Positions 10,089 through 21,146 of a stretch of 64,000 bases of DNA are shown piece by piece. Numbering within the stretch: position 1 is the stretch's first letter; every line of letters begins with the position of its first letter. A model generated the notes under the pieces. That model saw nothing but the letters and a program-made list of their open reading frames with translations. It did no database searches and was not told the DNA's origin. The translations under genes and the position numbers were made by a program. This stretch comes from an uncultured Actinomycetes bacterium (lineage in GTDB: Bacteria > Actinomycetota > UBA4738 > HRBIN12), in contig CAWAAO010000013.1 in assembly GCA_963780015.1 (NCBI GenBank), positions 23,644-87,643 of the forward strand, read 5' to 3'.

Positions 10089-11183
10089 ATGCAGACGGAA
10101 CGGATCGACACGGTGGTCATCGGGGCAGCGCAGGCGGGGCTGTCGGCCGGCTACTACCTGAAGAAGTCCGGGAGGTCGTTCGTGCTGCTCGACGCGAACC
10201 CGCGCGTCGGAGATTCCTGGCGCAACCGGTATGACTCCCTGAAGCTGTTCACGCCGGCCCGCTACATCGGCCTGCCGGGCGGCCGGTTCCCGGGCAAGGG
10301 CGATGCCACCCCGACCAAGGATGAGATGGCCGACTACATGGAGTCCTACGTCGCCCGCTTCGCATTGCCCGTCGAGCTCAACACGCGCGTCGAACGCGTG
10401 TGGCGCGAGGGCGACACCTATGTCGTGGCAACCGGCTCGCGGCGCTTCGAGGCGACCAACGTGATCGTCGCCTCCGGCGCGCACCGGGAGCCCCGCGTGC
10501 CGGCGATCGCCCGCGAGCTCGACCCCTCGATCGTGCAGCTGCACTCGAGCGAGTACCTGCGACCGTCGCAGCTCCGCGACGGCGGCGTGCTCATCGTGGG
10601 CGCCGGCAACTCGGGAGCCGACATCGCGATGGAGGTCGTCCGCACGCATCCGACGTGGCTCTCGGGGCCGGACCGCGGCCACGTCCCGGTCGACATCGAC
10701 TCGTGGCTCTCGCGCCAGTTGTTCGTCCGGATCGTCGTCTTCCTCGGTCGGCACGTGCTGACGCTGCGGACGCCGATGGGCCGCAAGGCGCGCGACAAGG
10801 CCGCATCGCAAGGCGATCTGCTGGTTCGCGTGAAGCCGAAGCAGTTGCTGGCCGCCGGCATCGAGCGGGGCCCGAAGACGACCGCCGTGCGCGACGGCAA
10901 GCCCGTGCTCGAGGACGGTCGCGTGCTCGACGTGACGAACGTCATCTGGAGCACCGGCTACCGCCACGACCTGTCCTGGATCGATCTGCCGATCTTCGGC
11001 GAGGACGGCAAGCCGATCCACGAGCGCGGCGTCGTCACCGCCGAGCCCGGTCTCGCCTTCGTCGGACTGCCGTTCCAGTTCGCGGCGGCCTCCGACGTGC
11101 TGCCCGGCGTCGGGCGGGACGCACGCTACGTCGTGCAGCAGCTCGGGAAGCGCGCACGCAACGGGGTCGCGGTCGCGGCGTAG
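10089..11183 (+). CDS. flavin-containing monooxygenase / NAD(P)/FAD-dependent oxidoreductase (CzcO-like)
   Basis: VVIGAAQAGLSAGYYL FAD motif, second GAGNSGADIA NADPH motif, 364 aa. Confidence 0.8.
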   Translation: MQTERIDTVVIGAAQAGLSAGYYLKKSGRSFVLLDANPRVGDSWRNRYDSLKLFTPARYIGLPGGRFPGKGDATPTKDEMADYMESYVARFALPVELNTRVERVWREGDTYVVATGSRRFEATNVIVASGAHREPRVPAIARELDPSIVQLHSSEYLRPSQLRDGGVLIVGAGNSGADIAMEVVRTHPTWLSGPDRGHVPVDIDSWLSRQLFVRIVVFLGRHVLTLRTPMGRKARDKAASQGDLLVRVKPKQLLAAGIERGPKTTAVRDGKPVLEDGRVLDVTNVIWSTGYRHDLSWIDLPIFGEDGKPIHERGVVTAEPGLAFVGLPFQFAAASDVLPGVGRDARYVVQQLGKRARNGVAVAA

Positions 11184-11239
11184 CGCCACACGCCCGCGGC
11201 GGCGTGTACTGCTGCCGCGGACCAGTCATAGTGCCGTAG

Positions 11240-14200
11240 ATGGAATGTCCGAACTGCGGCGAGCAGAACCCCGACCGGGCGAAGTTCTGCCTGAACTGCG
11301 CAACGCCGCTGACCGCTCCGGCTGAGCCGGCTGGCGAGGTCCGCAAGACCGTCTCGATCGTGTTCTGCGACGTCACGGGGTCGACCGCGATGGGCGAGGG
11401 CCTCGACCCCGAGCCCCTTCGCAACGTCATGACCAGGTACTTCGACACGATGCGCGCCTCGATCGAGCGCCACGGCGGCACGGTCGAGAAGTTCATCGGC
11501 GACGCGGTCATGGCGGTGTTCGGCATCCCGCAGCTGCACGAGGACGACGCGCTGCGGGCCGTGCGGGCCGCCGCCGACATGCAGTCGGACCTCGCCGTCT
11601 TGAACCGGGAGCTGGAGCGCGATCGGGGCGTCTCGATCCGTGTCCGCATCGGCGTGAACACGGGCGAGGTCGTCTCGAACGACGCCGCGGCCGGGCAGCA
11701 GCTCGTGACCGGCGACGCCGTCAACGTCGCCGCCCGGCTCGAACAGCACGCGCAACCGGGCCAGGTCCTGCTCGGCGACGCGACCTACCGGCTGGTCCGC
11801 GACGCCGTCGATGTGGAGGCCGTCGAACCGCTCGAGCTGAAGGGGAAGTCCGAGCGGGTCCCCGCCTGGCAGCTCCGGCGCGTGCTGTCCGACACCGCCG
11901 GTCACGAACGGAACCTCGATTCGCCGATGATCGGTCGGACCAAAGAGCTCGAGCTGTTCACGCGCGGGCTCGAGCGTGCCCGTCACGAGCGCACCTCCCA
12001 TCTGTTCACGCTGCTCGGCTCCGCGGGCGTGGGCAAGTCGAGGCTCGTCCGCGAGTTCCTCGGCGGGGCCGACGACGCGACCGTGTTGCGCGGCCGGTGC
12101 CTCTCCTACGGAGAAGGGATCACGTACTACGCGCTCGGGCGAGATCGTCCGACAGGCAACCGGCGGCGTCGAGACCGACGACGCCGCAACGTCGCTCGCC
12201 TCGCTCACCACCGTGCTGCGTGACGCCGAGGACGGCGACCGCATCGCGCGTCTCGTTGGCGGCTTGTTCGGCTGGGCGGAGGCCGCGACCCCCGAGGACG
12301 CCGCGTGGGGCGTGCGCAAGCTGTTCGAGCATCTTTCCCGAGCGCAGCCGCTCGTCGTGGTCTTCGACGACATCCATTGGGCCGAGCCACTGCTGTTGGA
12401 TCTGATCGAGCACCTGGCGGATTGGACGCGCGACGCAGAGCTGCTGCTGGTCTGCGTCGCGCGACCCGAGCTGCTCGAGATCCGACCGGGCTGGAGCGGC
12501 GGCAAGATGAACGCGACCTCGATCCTGCTCGAACCGCTCGCCGGCGACGAGGCGGGCGCGCTGCTCGACAACCTGCTGGGCGACGCCGACCTGCCGGGCA
12601 CGGCGCGCGAACGGATCCTCGCGGCCGCGGAGGGAAACCCGCTGTTCGTCGAGGAGATGATCGGCATGCTGATCGACGACGGCCTGCTCCGATTCGACGA
12701 TGGCTCGTGGCGCGCCGTCGACGACCTGGCGGACCTCACGGTCCCGCCGACGATCCAACTGCTGCTGGCCGCGCGTCTGGACCGGCTCGACGCGGAGGAG
12801 CGCGCCGTGATCGAACGCGGCGCCGTCGAAGGGAAGGTCTTCCACACCGGCGCCGTGACGTCGCTCGCGCCCGAGGGACTGCGGACGCAGGTCCGCCCGC
12901 GTCTGCTCGCGCTCGCGCGGAAGGAACTGATCCGGCCCGACCGAGCCGAGTTCGCGGGTGAAGACGCGTTCCGGTTCCGACACCTCCTGATCCGCGACGC
13001 GGCCTACCAGGCGATGCCGAAGGAACAGCGCGCCGACCTGCACGAGGGCTTCGCCCGATGGCTGCGGGGGGTGACCGCGGACCAGGCGGACGACTACCAG
13101 GAGATCCTCGGCCACCACTCTGGAACAGGCCTACCGGTATCGCAGCGAGCTCGGCCCGGCGGACGAGCGTACCCAGGCGCTGGCGCGCGACGCCGCGCGA
13201 GCGCTGCACCGCTCAGCGGAGCGAGCGACGAGCCGTGGCGACCTGGACGGGTCTGCGCATCTCCTCGAGCGGACGATCGCGCTGTCGACGGGTCTGGAGC
13301 GGGCCGCAGCGATCGTCGATCTCGGTGAGAACCTCGAGACGAACGGTCACCATCTCCGTGCCCTGGAGGTACTCGGGGAATTCCTCGCGTCACCGGAAGC
13401 GCAGGCCGCCACGGCCCTTCGGATCCGCGCGAGCATCTTCCATCTCAGCGCCGAATCGCAGACGAATCCCGACCTCGGCCTCACCGCCGCCAACGAACGA
13501 GCGATTTCGTTGCGAACCGAGGCGGAGACACTCGATGATCGAGATGCGCTCACCGCGACCTTGATCGCATGTGGCTCGTTCGCGTTCTGGCTCGGCAACT
13601 GCGCTCAGTCACGGGCGGTCTCGGAACGCCTCGCCCCGCAGGCGCCCGAGATGACGCCCGACCTACCGAGGACTCGTCTGCTTGGGGTTCATGGTCGATT
13701 CCTACTTCGGCTCCGCGCCGCTTGGCCGATGGATTCCGACATCGTCGCGCGCATGCGCGAGATCCAAGGCGACAGCGTGCTCGGACAGGTGCGGTGCGAC
13801 ATGCTGGAGGCGGGCCTCCACTCGATGGCCGGCGACGTCGAGGCGGTCGACGCAGCCCTTGCCAGCGCCGATCGCGGCTGGGACGAGATGCAGAATCCCG
13901 AGAATCGACTCCTCCAGGCGCAGGGACATGCGGAGTGCCTGTGGCGGATCGGTCGCGAGGCGGAGGCGGTCGCGTTGATGCGGCAGATCAAGGCGCTGAT
14001 GGACCGCATCGGCGAGACGGGCAACAACGCGACGATCACGGCGGAACTCGCCACGTACCTCGCCGAGTCCGGCAACATCGATGAGGCCGCTGTGTACATC
14101 GAGCAGGCGCGTGCGATCACCTCGCCGGACGACTTCGGCGCCACGGTGCCCATCGGCTGGGCGGCGGGCCTCGTCGCGTCCGCGCGTGGGGAGCACGACG

Positions 14201-14427
14201 CGGCGGTCGCGGCGCTCGACGAAGCCTTGCGGACGGTTCGCCAGACCGACTACCTGAACTTCACGGCGGACACGCTGCGGATCCGCGGCCAGATCCTCTG
14301 GGCCGCCGGTCGCACCGACGAAGCTGAGCGCTCCTTCGACGAAGCAGCAACGTTGTGGGCGCACAAGGGGAACGTGGCGGACCTCGAGAGGCTGGCCCGT
14401 TGGCGGGACAGCGCCGCCCGGCGATGA
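11240..14427 (+). pseudogene. double zinc-ribbon / adenylate-guanylate cyclase / AAA ATPase / TPR signal-transduction protein (~1060 aa), 2 frameshifts
   Basis: MECPNCGEQNPDRAKFCLNC; cyclase motifs FCDVTGST, FIGDAVMAVFG; Walker A GSAGVGKS; C-terminal TPR; ORFs 11240.., 11976.. and 13510..14427 join at ~12130 and ~13120. Confidence 0.7.
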
Positions 14428-15386
14428 CGGGCCGGTATCCGCCGATCGAGCCGTACGACAGCGGCACGCTCGAGGTCGGCGACGGAAACGCCGTGTATTG
14501 GGAGGTGTGCGGCGACCCGAGCGGCAAACCGGCGGTTGTCGTCCACGGCGGCCCGGGCTCAGGCTGCTCGCCATGGCAGCGCGAGCTCTTCGATCCGCGC
14601 GCCTATCGCATCGTGCTGTTCGATCAGCGGGGATGCGGCCGGAGCACGCCACACGCGAGCGAGCCCGCGATCGATCTCGCGACCAACACGACGCAGCATC
14701 TGATCGCCGACATGGAGCTGCTGCGCGCCCACCTCGACATCGATCGCTGGCTGGTGTTCGGCGGTTCGTGGGGCAGCACGTTGTCGCTGGCGTATGCGGA
14801 GGCGCATCCCGGTCGTGTGACGGAGATGGTGCTGTGGGGCGTGACCACCGGGCGCCGGTCGGAGGACGATTGGTGGTTCCGCGGCGGCGTGGCGCCACTG
14901 TTTCCCGAGCAATGGGAGCGATTGCGCGAGGGGTTGCCGCCGGCCGATCGCGACGGGGACGTCGTCGCCGCCTACGCGAGGCTGCTGTGTGACCCGGACC
15001 CCGAGGTCTGCCGACGCGCGGCGCTGGCCTGGTGCACATGGGAGTCCTCGACACTCGCATGGCCTCCGATCGCTCAGCTCGACGATCGCTACAAGGACGA
15101 GGACTTCGCGTTGGCGTTCGCCCGGTTGGTGACGCACTACGTCGGACACGACGTCTTCCTGGAGGATGGGGTGCTGCTGCGCGATGCGGACCTGCTGGCC
15201 GACATCCCCGGCGTCCTCGTGCAGGGGCGCACCGATCTGCAGGCGCCGATCGAGAGCGCGTGGGCGCTCGCCCGAGCCTGGCCGAGCGCGGCGTTGATCG
15301 TGCTCGACGACGTCGGGCACGCAGGCGCCGCCCCGGGACTCACGCGCGAGATCGTCCGCGCGACGGACCGCTTCGCCACCACTTGA
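14424..15386 (+). CDS. pip: proline iminopeptidase (prolyl aminopeptidase, alpha/beta hydrolase)
   Basis: MTGRYPPIEPYDSG...VVHGGPGSG...GGSWGSTL nucleophile elbow; ATG overlaps cyclase stop (ATGA). Confidence 0.85.
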   Translation: MTGRYPPIEPYDSGTLEVGDGNAVYWEVCGDPSGKPAVVVHGGPGSGCSPWQRELFDPRAYRIVLFDQRGCGRSTPHASEPAIDLATNTTQHLIADMELLRAHLDIDRWLVFGGSWGSTLSLAYAEAHPGRVTEMVLWGVTTGRRSEDDWWFRGGVAPLFPEQWERLREGLPPADRDGDVVAAYARLLCDPDPEVCRRAALAWCTWESSTLAWPPIAQLDDRYKDEDFALAFARLVTHYVGHDVFLEDGVLLRDADLLADIPGVLVQGRTDLQAPIESAWALARAWPSAALIVLDDVGHAGAAPGLTREIVRATDRFATT

Positions 15387-15418
15387 CAGGTGACTGATTA
15401 GTCACATATGGTCTTCCC
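15383..15418 (+). promoter_or_regulatory. promoter TTGACA-18nt-TATGGT with GTGACT-n4-AGTCAC operator in the spacer
   Basis: TTGACA 15383-15388; dyad 15390-15405; -10 ends ~7 nt before the GTG start at 15419, suggesting a near-leaderless transcript. Confidence 0.4.
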
Positions 15419-15742
15419 GTGAACGACGACGACCGTGTGTTCAAGGCGCTGGCCGACCCCACCCGTCGTCTCCTGCTGGACCGGCTCTTCGAGCGTGACG
15501 GCCGCACGCTGACGGAGCTCGAGTCCGAGTGCGAGATGACGCGCTTCGGGGTCATGAAGCACCTGAAGGTCCTCGAGGAAGCGGGGCTCGTCGTCACGCG
15601 CCGGGAAGGCCGGGAGAAGCTCCACTTCCTGAACCCCGTGCCCATCCGGCTGGTCCACGACCGGTGGATCGACAAGTACACCGAGCGGCAGGTCTCGGCC
15701 CTGGCCGACCTGAAGCACGAACTGGAAGGAGGCTCGGCATGA
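15419..15742 (+). CDS. ArsR/SmtB family transcriptional regulator
   Basis: MNDDDRVFKALADPTRRLLLDRL...RFGVMKHLKVLEEAGLV. Confidence 0.85.
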   Translation: MNDDDRVFKALADPTRRLLLDRLFERDGRTLTELESECEMTRFGVMKHLKVLEEAGLVVTRREGREKLHFLNPVPIRLVHDRWIDKYTERQVSALADLKHELEGGSA

Positions 15743-16272
15743 GCACCGACACGATGACGACCACACAGGTCAACCGCGTCTTCATCAAGGCAACCCCGGA
15801 GGCCATCTGGAACGCGATCACACAACCCGAGTGGTCCGATCGCTACGGCTACGGCGGGAAGGTGGATTACGACCTGCGGCCGGGAGGCGCCTACAAGGCG
15901 TACGCGAGCGAGGCGATGAAGCAGGCGGGCGCGGCGGGAGGGTTCCCCGTGCCCGACGTGGTGGTCGATGGCGAGGTGATCGAGGCGGATCCCCCCACGC
16001 GGCTGGTCACGACGTTCCGCATGCTGATGGACCCCGAGGTGGCCCAGGAGGGCTTCACCCGCCTGACCTATGAGATCGAGCAGCGCAAGGGCGGCGTGTG
16101 CCAGCTCACCGTGACACACGAGCTCGAAGGCGCGCCGAAGCTGCAATTGATCGTCTCCGGCAGCCTCGGCGAGACGGCGGGCGGCGGCTGGGCATGGATC
16201 TTGAGCGACCTGAAGACGTTGCTCGAGACCGGCTCGGCGATGGACCCACAGGACGGCCTCAACCAGGGCTGA
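15739..16272 (+). CDS. SRPBCC (AHSA1-like) family protein
   Basis: ATGA-coupled to arsR; 177 aa; second ArsR-SRPBCC module. Confidence 0.8.
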   Translation: MSTDTMTTTQVNRVFIKATPEAIWNAITQPEWSDRYGYGGKVDYDLRPGGAYKAYASEAMKQAGAAGGFPVPDVVVDGEVIEADPPTRLVTTFRMLMDPEVAQEGFTRLTYEIEQRKGGVCQLTVTHELEGAPKLQLIVSGSLGETAGGGWAWILSDLKTLLETGSAMDPQDGLNQG

Positions 16273-16365
16273 TCCGGGTAGGAGTGCGAGGAAGGCGCCC
16301 GAGGGCGGTGGGCGCGTCGGCAACGGCGCGCGCCCCGCCCTCGCCTCGCGTTCAGAGGCGTCGGG

Positions 16366-16812
16366 TCAACCCTGGAGCACCGTCACGAGCTCGTCGACGT
16401 CGTCGGCGTGCTGTTCGCGCACCACGACGAACCCGCACTTCTCCAAGACGCGGCGAGAGCCGAGGTTGTGTACCGCCACGTGGGCGGTCAGCGGCCGCGT
16501 GGTCTCCAGCTCGAGGAAGGCCCGCAGCGCGGTCGTGGCAACACCCCGACCCCAGAAGTCGCGGCCTATCCAGTAGCCGACGTTGCGATCGGCCTCATCC
16601 GGCCAGCTCCCGATGTCGCCGGCGACCTCGCCGTCGACCAGGATCGTCTGCACCACCATGTTGGGGTTCGCGCCGATCTTCGCGCGGTGGGCGACGAACG
16701 CGTCCCAGTCGCGCGAGGGGAACGCCGCCATCGCACTCGCTTCCGGATCGGCCTGGTTTCGGAACAGGATCGGGAGATCGCCTTCGACGGCTTCACGCAG
16801 CTCGACGCGCAT
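16366..16812 (-). CDS. GNAT family N-acetyltransferase
   Basis: 148 aa ...GYWIGRDFWGRGVATTALRAFLEL... GNAT motif A. Confidence 0.75.
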   Translation of the reverse strand: MRVELREAVEGDLPILFRNQADPEASAMAAFPSRDWDAFVAHRAKIGANPNMVVQTILVDGEVAGDIGSWPDEADRNVGYWIGRDFWGRGVATTALRAFLELETTRPLTAHVAVHNLGSRRVLEKCGFVVVREQHADDVDELVTVLQG

Positions 16813-16834
16813 CCGCCGACGCTACACCGGTTGG

Positions 16835-18064
16835 TCAGGCGGCGTAATACCGGTAGCTGCCCGGACTGGTTCGCTTCGCCTCGTACATCGCCGCGTCCGC
16901 GTGGCGCAGCAAGGTGCCGGCATCGTGCGAATCGTCGGGGAACCTGCTGATGCCGATCGATCCATGCGCGCGGAACACGGTGCCGTCGAGATCGAAGGGA
17001 TCCTGGAGCGCCTCGACGATGCGCTCCAGGACCAGGGCGATCACGCCCGGGGCGTCGATCGGATCGAGGTCGGCGAGCAGGATCAGGAACTCGTCGCCGC
17101 TCTGTCTGGCAACCAGGTCGACGTCGCGGGTCGAGCGCCGGAGCCGTTCGGCCAGGCCGACGAGCAGCTGGTCGCCGGCGTGGTGGCCCAGCGTGTCGTT
17201 GAGGTGCTTGAAGTTGTCGAGGTCCAGGTAGAGCACGCCGATCGACGTCTGGTCGCGCCGGGCGCGCTCGACCGCGAGCAAGAGCGACTCCTGGAAGAGC
17301 TCGCGATTCGGCAATCCGGTCAGCGCGTCGTGGTACGCCATGTGCGTGACGCGCGCCTCGGCCTCCTTCAACTCGGTGACGTCGAACAGCAGTCCCTGTT
17401 CGAGGATCACGCGGCCGGCGTCGTCTCGGTAGGCGTAGGCGCGGTCGCGGACCCACACCACCCGACCGTCGGGACGAACCATGCGGTAGTCGTCGAGGTC
17501 GCCGCCTTCGCCGGCGAGGAACGCCTCGCTCTGCGCCTGCACCGATTCGCGGTCATCGGGGTGCACCATGCGAAGCCACATCCCCGCGTCCTGCATGTAG
17601 GACTCGGGCGTCACGCCGAGGATGTCCTCGATCTGCGGGCTGACGTAGATCGTCGTGTGCCCGCGATCCTCGTACACGACCGCGGGCACCTGTTCGACGA
17701 GACTCCGGTACCGCGCCTCAGCCTCGAACAGCTGGGAGACGGCCTCGCGCCCCGCTCGCAGTTCGCGCGCATCACGGATCGACACGACGAGCCGGCCCTC
17801 GGTGTGCTGCGCCCGAACCTCGATCGGCAGTGGCTCGGCTCGCGAGCGCAGCAGGGTCGCCTCGAACGGCTCCTCGGTGCGGATCCAGCCATCGATCAGG
17901 TCGCTGATCTCCCCGCCGCGAGGATCGCGACCGCTCAGCTCGATCGCCTGGGCGTTGGCGTGCAGGATCAGGTCTTCGTCCACGACGAGCAGGGCCTCAG
18001 GCGCTGCATCGAAGAGGCTCTGGCCATCCATCACGTGCTCGCTCGGTCGAGGTTCCTTCTGCAT
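16835..18064 (-). CDS. PAS-domain diguanylate cyclase (GGDEF)
   Basis: two PAS-like segments then GGDEF domain (YHDALTGLPNR...QSGDEFLILL); start at MQKEP (18064) or MDGQ (18031) uncertain. Confidence 0.8.
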   Translation of the reverse strand: MQKEPRPSEHVMDGQSLFDAAPEALLVVDEDLILHANAQAIELSGRDPRGGEISDLIDGWIRTEEPFEATLLRSRAEPLPIEVRAQHTEGRLVVSIRDARELRAGREAVSQLFEAEARYRSLVEQVPAVVYEDRGHTTIYVSPQIEDILGVTPESYMQDAGMWLRMVHPDDRESVQAQSEAFLAGEGGDLDDYRMVRPDGRVVWVRDRAYAYRDDAGRVILEQGLLFDVTELKEAEARVTHMAYHDALTGLPNRELFQESLLLAVERARRDQTSIGVLYLDLDNFKHLNDTLGHHAGDQLLVGLAERLRRSTRDVDLVARQSGDEFLILLADLDPIDAPGVIALVLERIVEALQDPFDLDGTVFRAHGSIGISRFPDDSHDAGTLLRHADAAMYEAKRTSPGSYRYYAA

Positions 18065-18116
18065 ATCCGTAGGAGCATCGGCCGATCGGGGGACAACCTG
18101 AATGCCCGACGGCGGC

Positions 18117-18904
18117 TCAACGCATCGCGTCGCGCAGGGCTTCGATGTTCTCGTCGAGCCACCGTCGGCGGCGTTCGGCGCGACCGGCGCCGCCCTGGCG
18201 GGCAAGCATCTCGATGAACGCGGCGTCGCCCGAGGCCGCTCGCTTCTCCACCAGCGACAGCGAAAGGCGATCGACAAAGACCCCGGGGACCTCGGCGCGT
18301 TGCGCGTCGGTCAGGCCGTAGGCGTCGGCGATCAGTCGGGCGCGCGCGAACGGGCTCGAGGCCCTCCATCCCTGGGACGCGGGTCGGATGGATCGTGCAC
18401 CGGCCCCCACATCGACATCACGGACGCCACATCCCACAGCGTCCGGCCCGGCGCCGCGAAGTCCCAATCGAGGAACGCGATCGCCTCGCCGTCGCGGAAC
18501 ACCACGTTCTCGGGGCAGATGTCGTTGTGCCCGACCACCGGTCCCCCGCGCGGATCGGCGAGCTCGTCGTTCCACGCGTGCGTCGAGGCGTCGAACCCGG
18601 CGGCCGCGTCGTGCAGCCGGCGTTGGAGACGCGCGACGCTCGCCAGCGCGGCATCCGACATCGACCACGCCGGGAACGGCGGGATCGGCACGTCGCCTTC
18701 GATGAACGACCACACCTCCCGGCCCTGCTCGTCGATCCCGAGCGGACGCGGGACGTGGTCGAACCCAACGTCGTACAGGTGCTGCAACAGCGCGACGATC
18801 GACCCGGTGAAGGCGCTCGTGGGCCGGCGAACCGTGTCCCCGACCCGCACCACCTTGCCGAGGTTGGCGATCCCGCCGGCGAGTTGCTCCTCTTCGGGGC
18901 TCAC
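18117..18904 (-). pseudogene. aminoglycoside/phosphotransferase (APH) family kinase, one frameshift (~18370)
   Basis: VGHNDICPENVVF...FLDWDFAAPG catalytic and Brenner motifs; C-terminal part continues in ORF 18117..19049 frame. Confidence 0.6.
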
Positions 18905-18925
18905 GCCGGCAGGATAGCCGGAGGT

Positions 18926-19294
18926 CTACGCCGCCTCGTGCTGATGCGCAGCGCGCGACTTCACGACCGCGCGGGCGAGCAACAACGCCGCCACCGCGAT
19001 CACCTGACCGCCCAGGATCACCTTGTTGACGTCGATCGCAGGACGCCACTGCACGTCGTTGTCCCGGATCACGAACGCTCCGGCCGGCCGCGCGTTCACA
19101 CCGAACCCGCTGCCGCGACCGGAGCCCTCGCCCTCGGGCCCTTCACCTCGGCCGCCGCCGGCGCCACCCTGTACGCGCGCGGCGGGAATCATCGTGACCC
19201 CGTTCTTCTCGTAGGGGTCACCGAACACCCGGCGCACGGTCATGGCCTCCTTGGCCTGCTCGATCGTCTCGAGCACCTCGTTGTGTGCGTCCAT
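18926..19294 (-). CDS. GerW/YtfJ family sporulation-related protein homolog
   Basis: VFGDPYEKNGVTMIPAARVQGGAGGG...GFGVNARPAGAFVI pattern of PF09579; strong RBS GGGAGGAGG 6 nt upstream of ATG. Confidence 0.6.
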   Translation of the reverse strand: MDAHNEVLETIEQAKEAMTVRRVFGDPYEKNGVTMIPAARVQGGAGGGRGEGPEGEGSGRGSGFGVNARPAGAFVIRDNDVQWRPAIDVNKVILGGQVIAVAALLLARAVVKSRAAHQHEAA

Positions 19295-19761
19295 CAGACG
19301 CCTCCTCCCTCGGCGGCCGTCGGCGCCGCCGTCACCGTCGCCTGCTACCACGGTAGGCCGTCTCCGGAGATAACGCACCCGGGGCGGCCGGACCGACCCG
19401 TCATCGAGCGGTCCCGCCCTCTGCCTCCGCGATCCGTCGAAGGGTCGGCAGGACGCAGTCGATCCTTGTCCCGCCCCGCAGCTTCCTTGGAACGGATCAC
19501 ATCTGCGAGCGACGCCACGTGCCACATCCGCACCGAGGATCACGAGATGGACCGCGTCACGGGCGACGTCGTCATATCCATGCGTCCCGCTCGGCTCGAA
19601 CGTCAGGTCGAGTCGCCCGTAGTCGGTCTGAGGTTCCACACGCGCACCGCACCCAGCGAGGTCGGCGAGTGATCGAAGGGAAGCCCGTCGGGCTCGCTCC
19701 GGTCACGCCCTCGGGCATGCAGATCGCGAAGCGCCTCGGAGAGTCGCTCGAGGTTCTCTCG

Positions 19762-20227
19762 TCAGCTTCCCGGGACGACGTCGATGTCCGTCGTCACGAA
19801 CGAGGACCCGTACAGCATCGCGGCGAAGCCGCCCATCAGCACATAGCGAACGCCGGGGCGATGCGAGCATCGCGAGGATCCGCTCGGGCGCGAACTCAGC
19901 CTCTGTCTCCTCCGCCTGCCGTAGCGCTTGGGCGAAACGAACCGCCGACGGCGTCGATCCACACGTCGTCGAGGCTCAAACGCAGGTTGCTCGACCTGAC
20001 CACGCGACCAGTCGGAGGCCTCGGGCTCAGGATCTCGGGACGAACGACAAGCCCGTCGCAGCGACGAGATCCGTTCCACGACGGGGCGAACGACGGTTCG
20101 GTCGTCCCACGCTCGATGCGAGCGATCGCCGATTGCGTCGGCCAACCCGCGCGGCGAGCTGGGCCTGACTCGACGCCTGCTCTCCTGGGAACGCCCCTAT
20201 CCACGGACGATCACCCCGCACTGACAT
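19762..20227 (-). pseudogene. degraded XRE-type HTH + minimal nucleotidyltransferase (MNT-like) module, >=2 frameshifts
   Basis: SQAQLAARVG and QSAIARIERGTTEPSF (XRE HTH) in two frames; GGFAAMLYGSSFVTTDIDVV (NTase GS..D.D motif) in third. Confidence 0.35.
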
Positions 20228-21146
20228 GCTGGGAGTATAGCGTTTCTGTCAATCGCCATTCTGCCCGCGATGCTCCGGCGAAGTCCCGGGACATCGAGGC
20301 CGATGTCGCCGTCGAGATCGGCCGGGGTGCCGTAGCCGTGGATGAAGGCACGCGGGACGCCGATGAACGCCAAAGTGGCGGGCGCCCCCCGGAAGGTCTC
20401 GGCGAGCACCGGCGCGCTCGTCCCCTGGTAGAACGGCTCCACCACGACCACCGGGGCGACCCACCCGCGATCGAGCGCAAGCCCACGTGGTCGAACGGCG
20501 CGAGACTCGTCGCATACGCCACGGTGACATCGAGGCCCTCGGACGCCGCGAGCACCCGATCCAGCATCGGCCCGAACACGAGGAGGGTCGCCCCCGCGCC
20601 GCGACGCACGACCTCGATCCGCCCGGGCACGACGTCGAACGCGTCGGTGTTCGTGGCGACGCTGGCGCGTAGATACGTCGGGTGCCCGTTCGCATACGTG
20701 GCGCGCAACAATCGATCGACCTCGTCGCCGTGCCCCGGGATCAGCACCTCCATCCCGGGGATCGCCAGCATCAGCGAGGCGTCGGCCGGCGCGTGATGCG
20801 TCCCGCCCTCCCCGGCGTAGTCGTATGAGCCACCGACGCCCACGAACGTGCCGCCGAGCCCCTGATAGCCGAAGTCCAGCTTCAGCTGCTCGTAGGGACG
20901 CTCGGCCATGAACGGCGACAGGGAATGCGCGATCGGGTGGAACCCCTCCATCGCGAAGCCCGCCGCCACCCCGACCATCGCCTGTTCCATGATCCCGATG
21001 TTCACGACGCGGGTCGGGTGTCGGTGCAACACATCGGCGAAATACTCCGTGCTGATCTCGGCCAGAACGACGGCGACGCGATCGTCGTGGTCCACCAGAT
21101 CTGTTGCCGTGGCGCCGAAGGCCGCTCGCATCTCGCGCATCACCAC
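20197..21146 (-). pseudogene. transketolase C-terminal (pyrimidine-binding) subunit, one frameshift (~20460)
   Basis: MREMRAAFGATATDLVDHDDRVAVVLAEIS...GIMEQAMVGVAAGFAMEG; C-terminus VVEPFYQGTSAPVLAE continues in another frame. Confidence 0.7.

Noticed and set aside
9906-11189. 427-aa minus-strand ORF
   Set aside because: Antisense to the well-supported FMO gene. Low-complexity product.
16583-18217. 544-aa plus-strand ORF
   Set aside because: Antisense to the PAS-GGDEF gene. No motifs.
19519-20796. 425-aa plus-strand ORF
   Set aside because: Arg/Ser/Ala/Pro-rich product with no domain signatures. It overlaps the transketolase C-subunit and TA-like fragments on the opposite strand. Typical high-GC shadow ORF.
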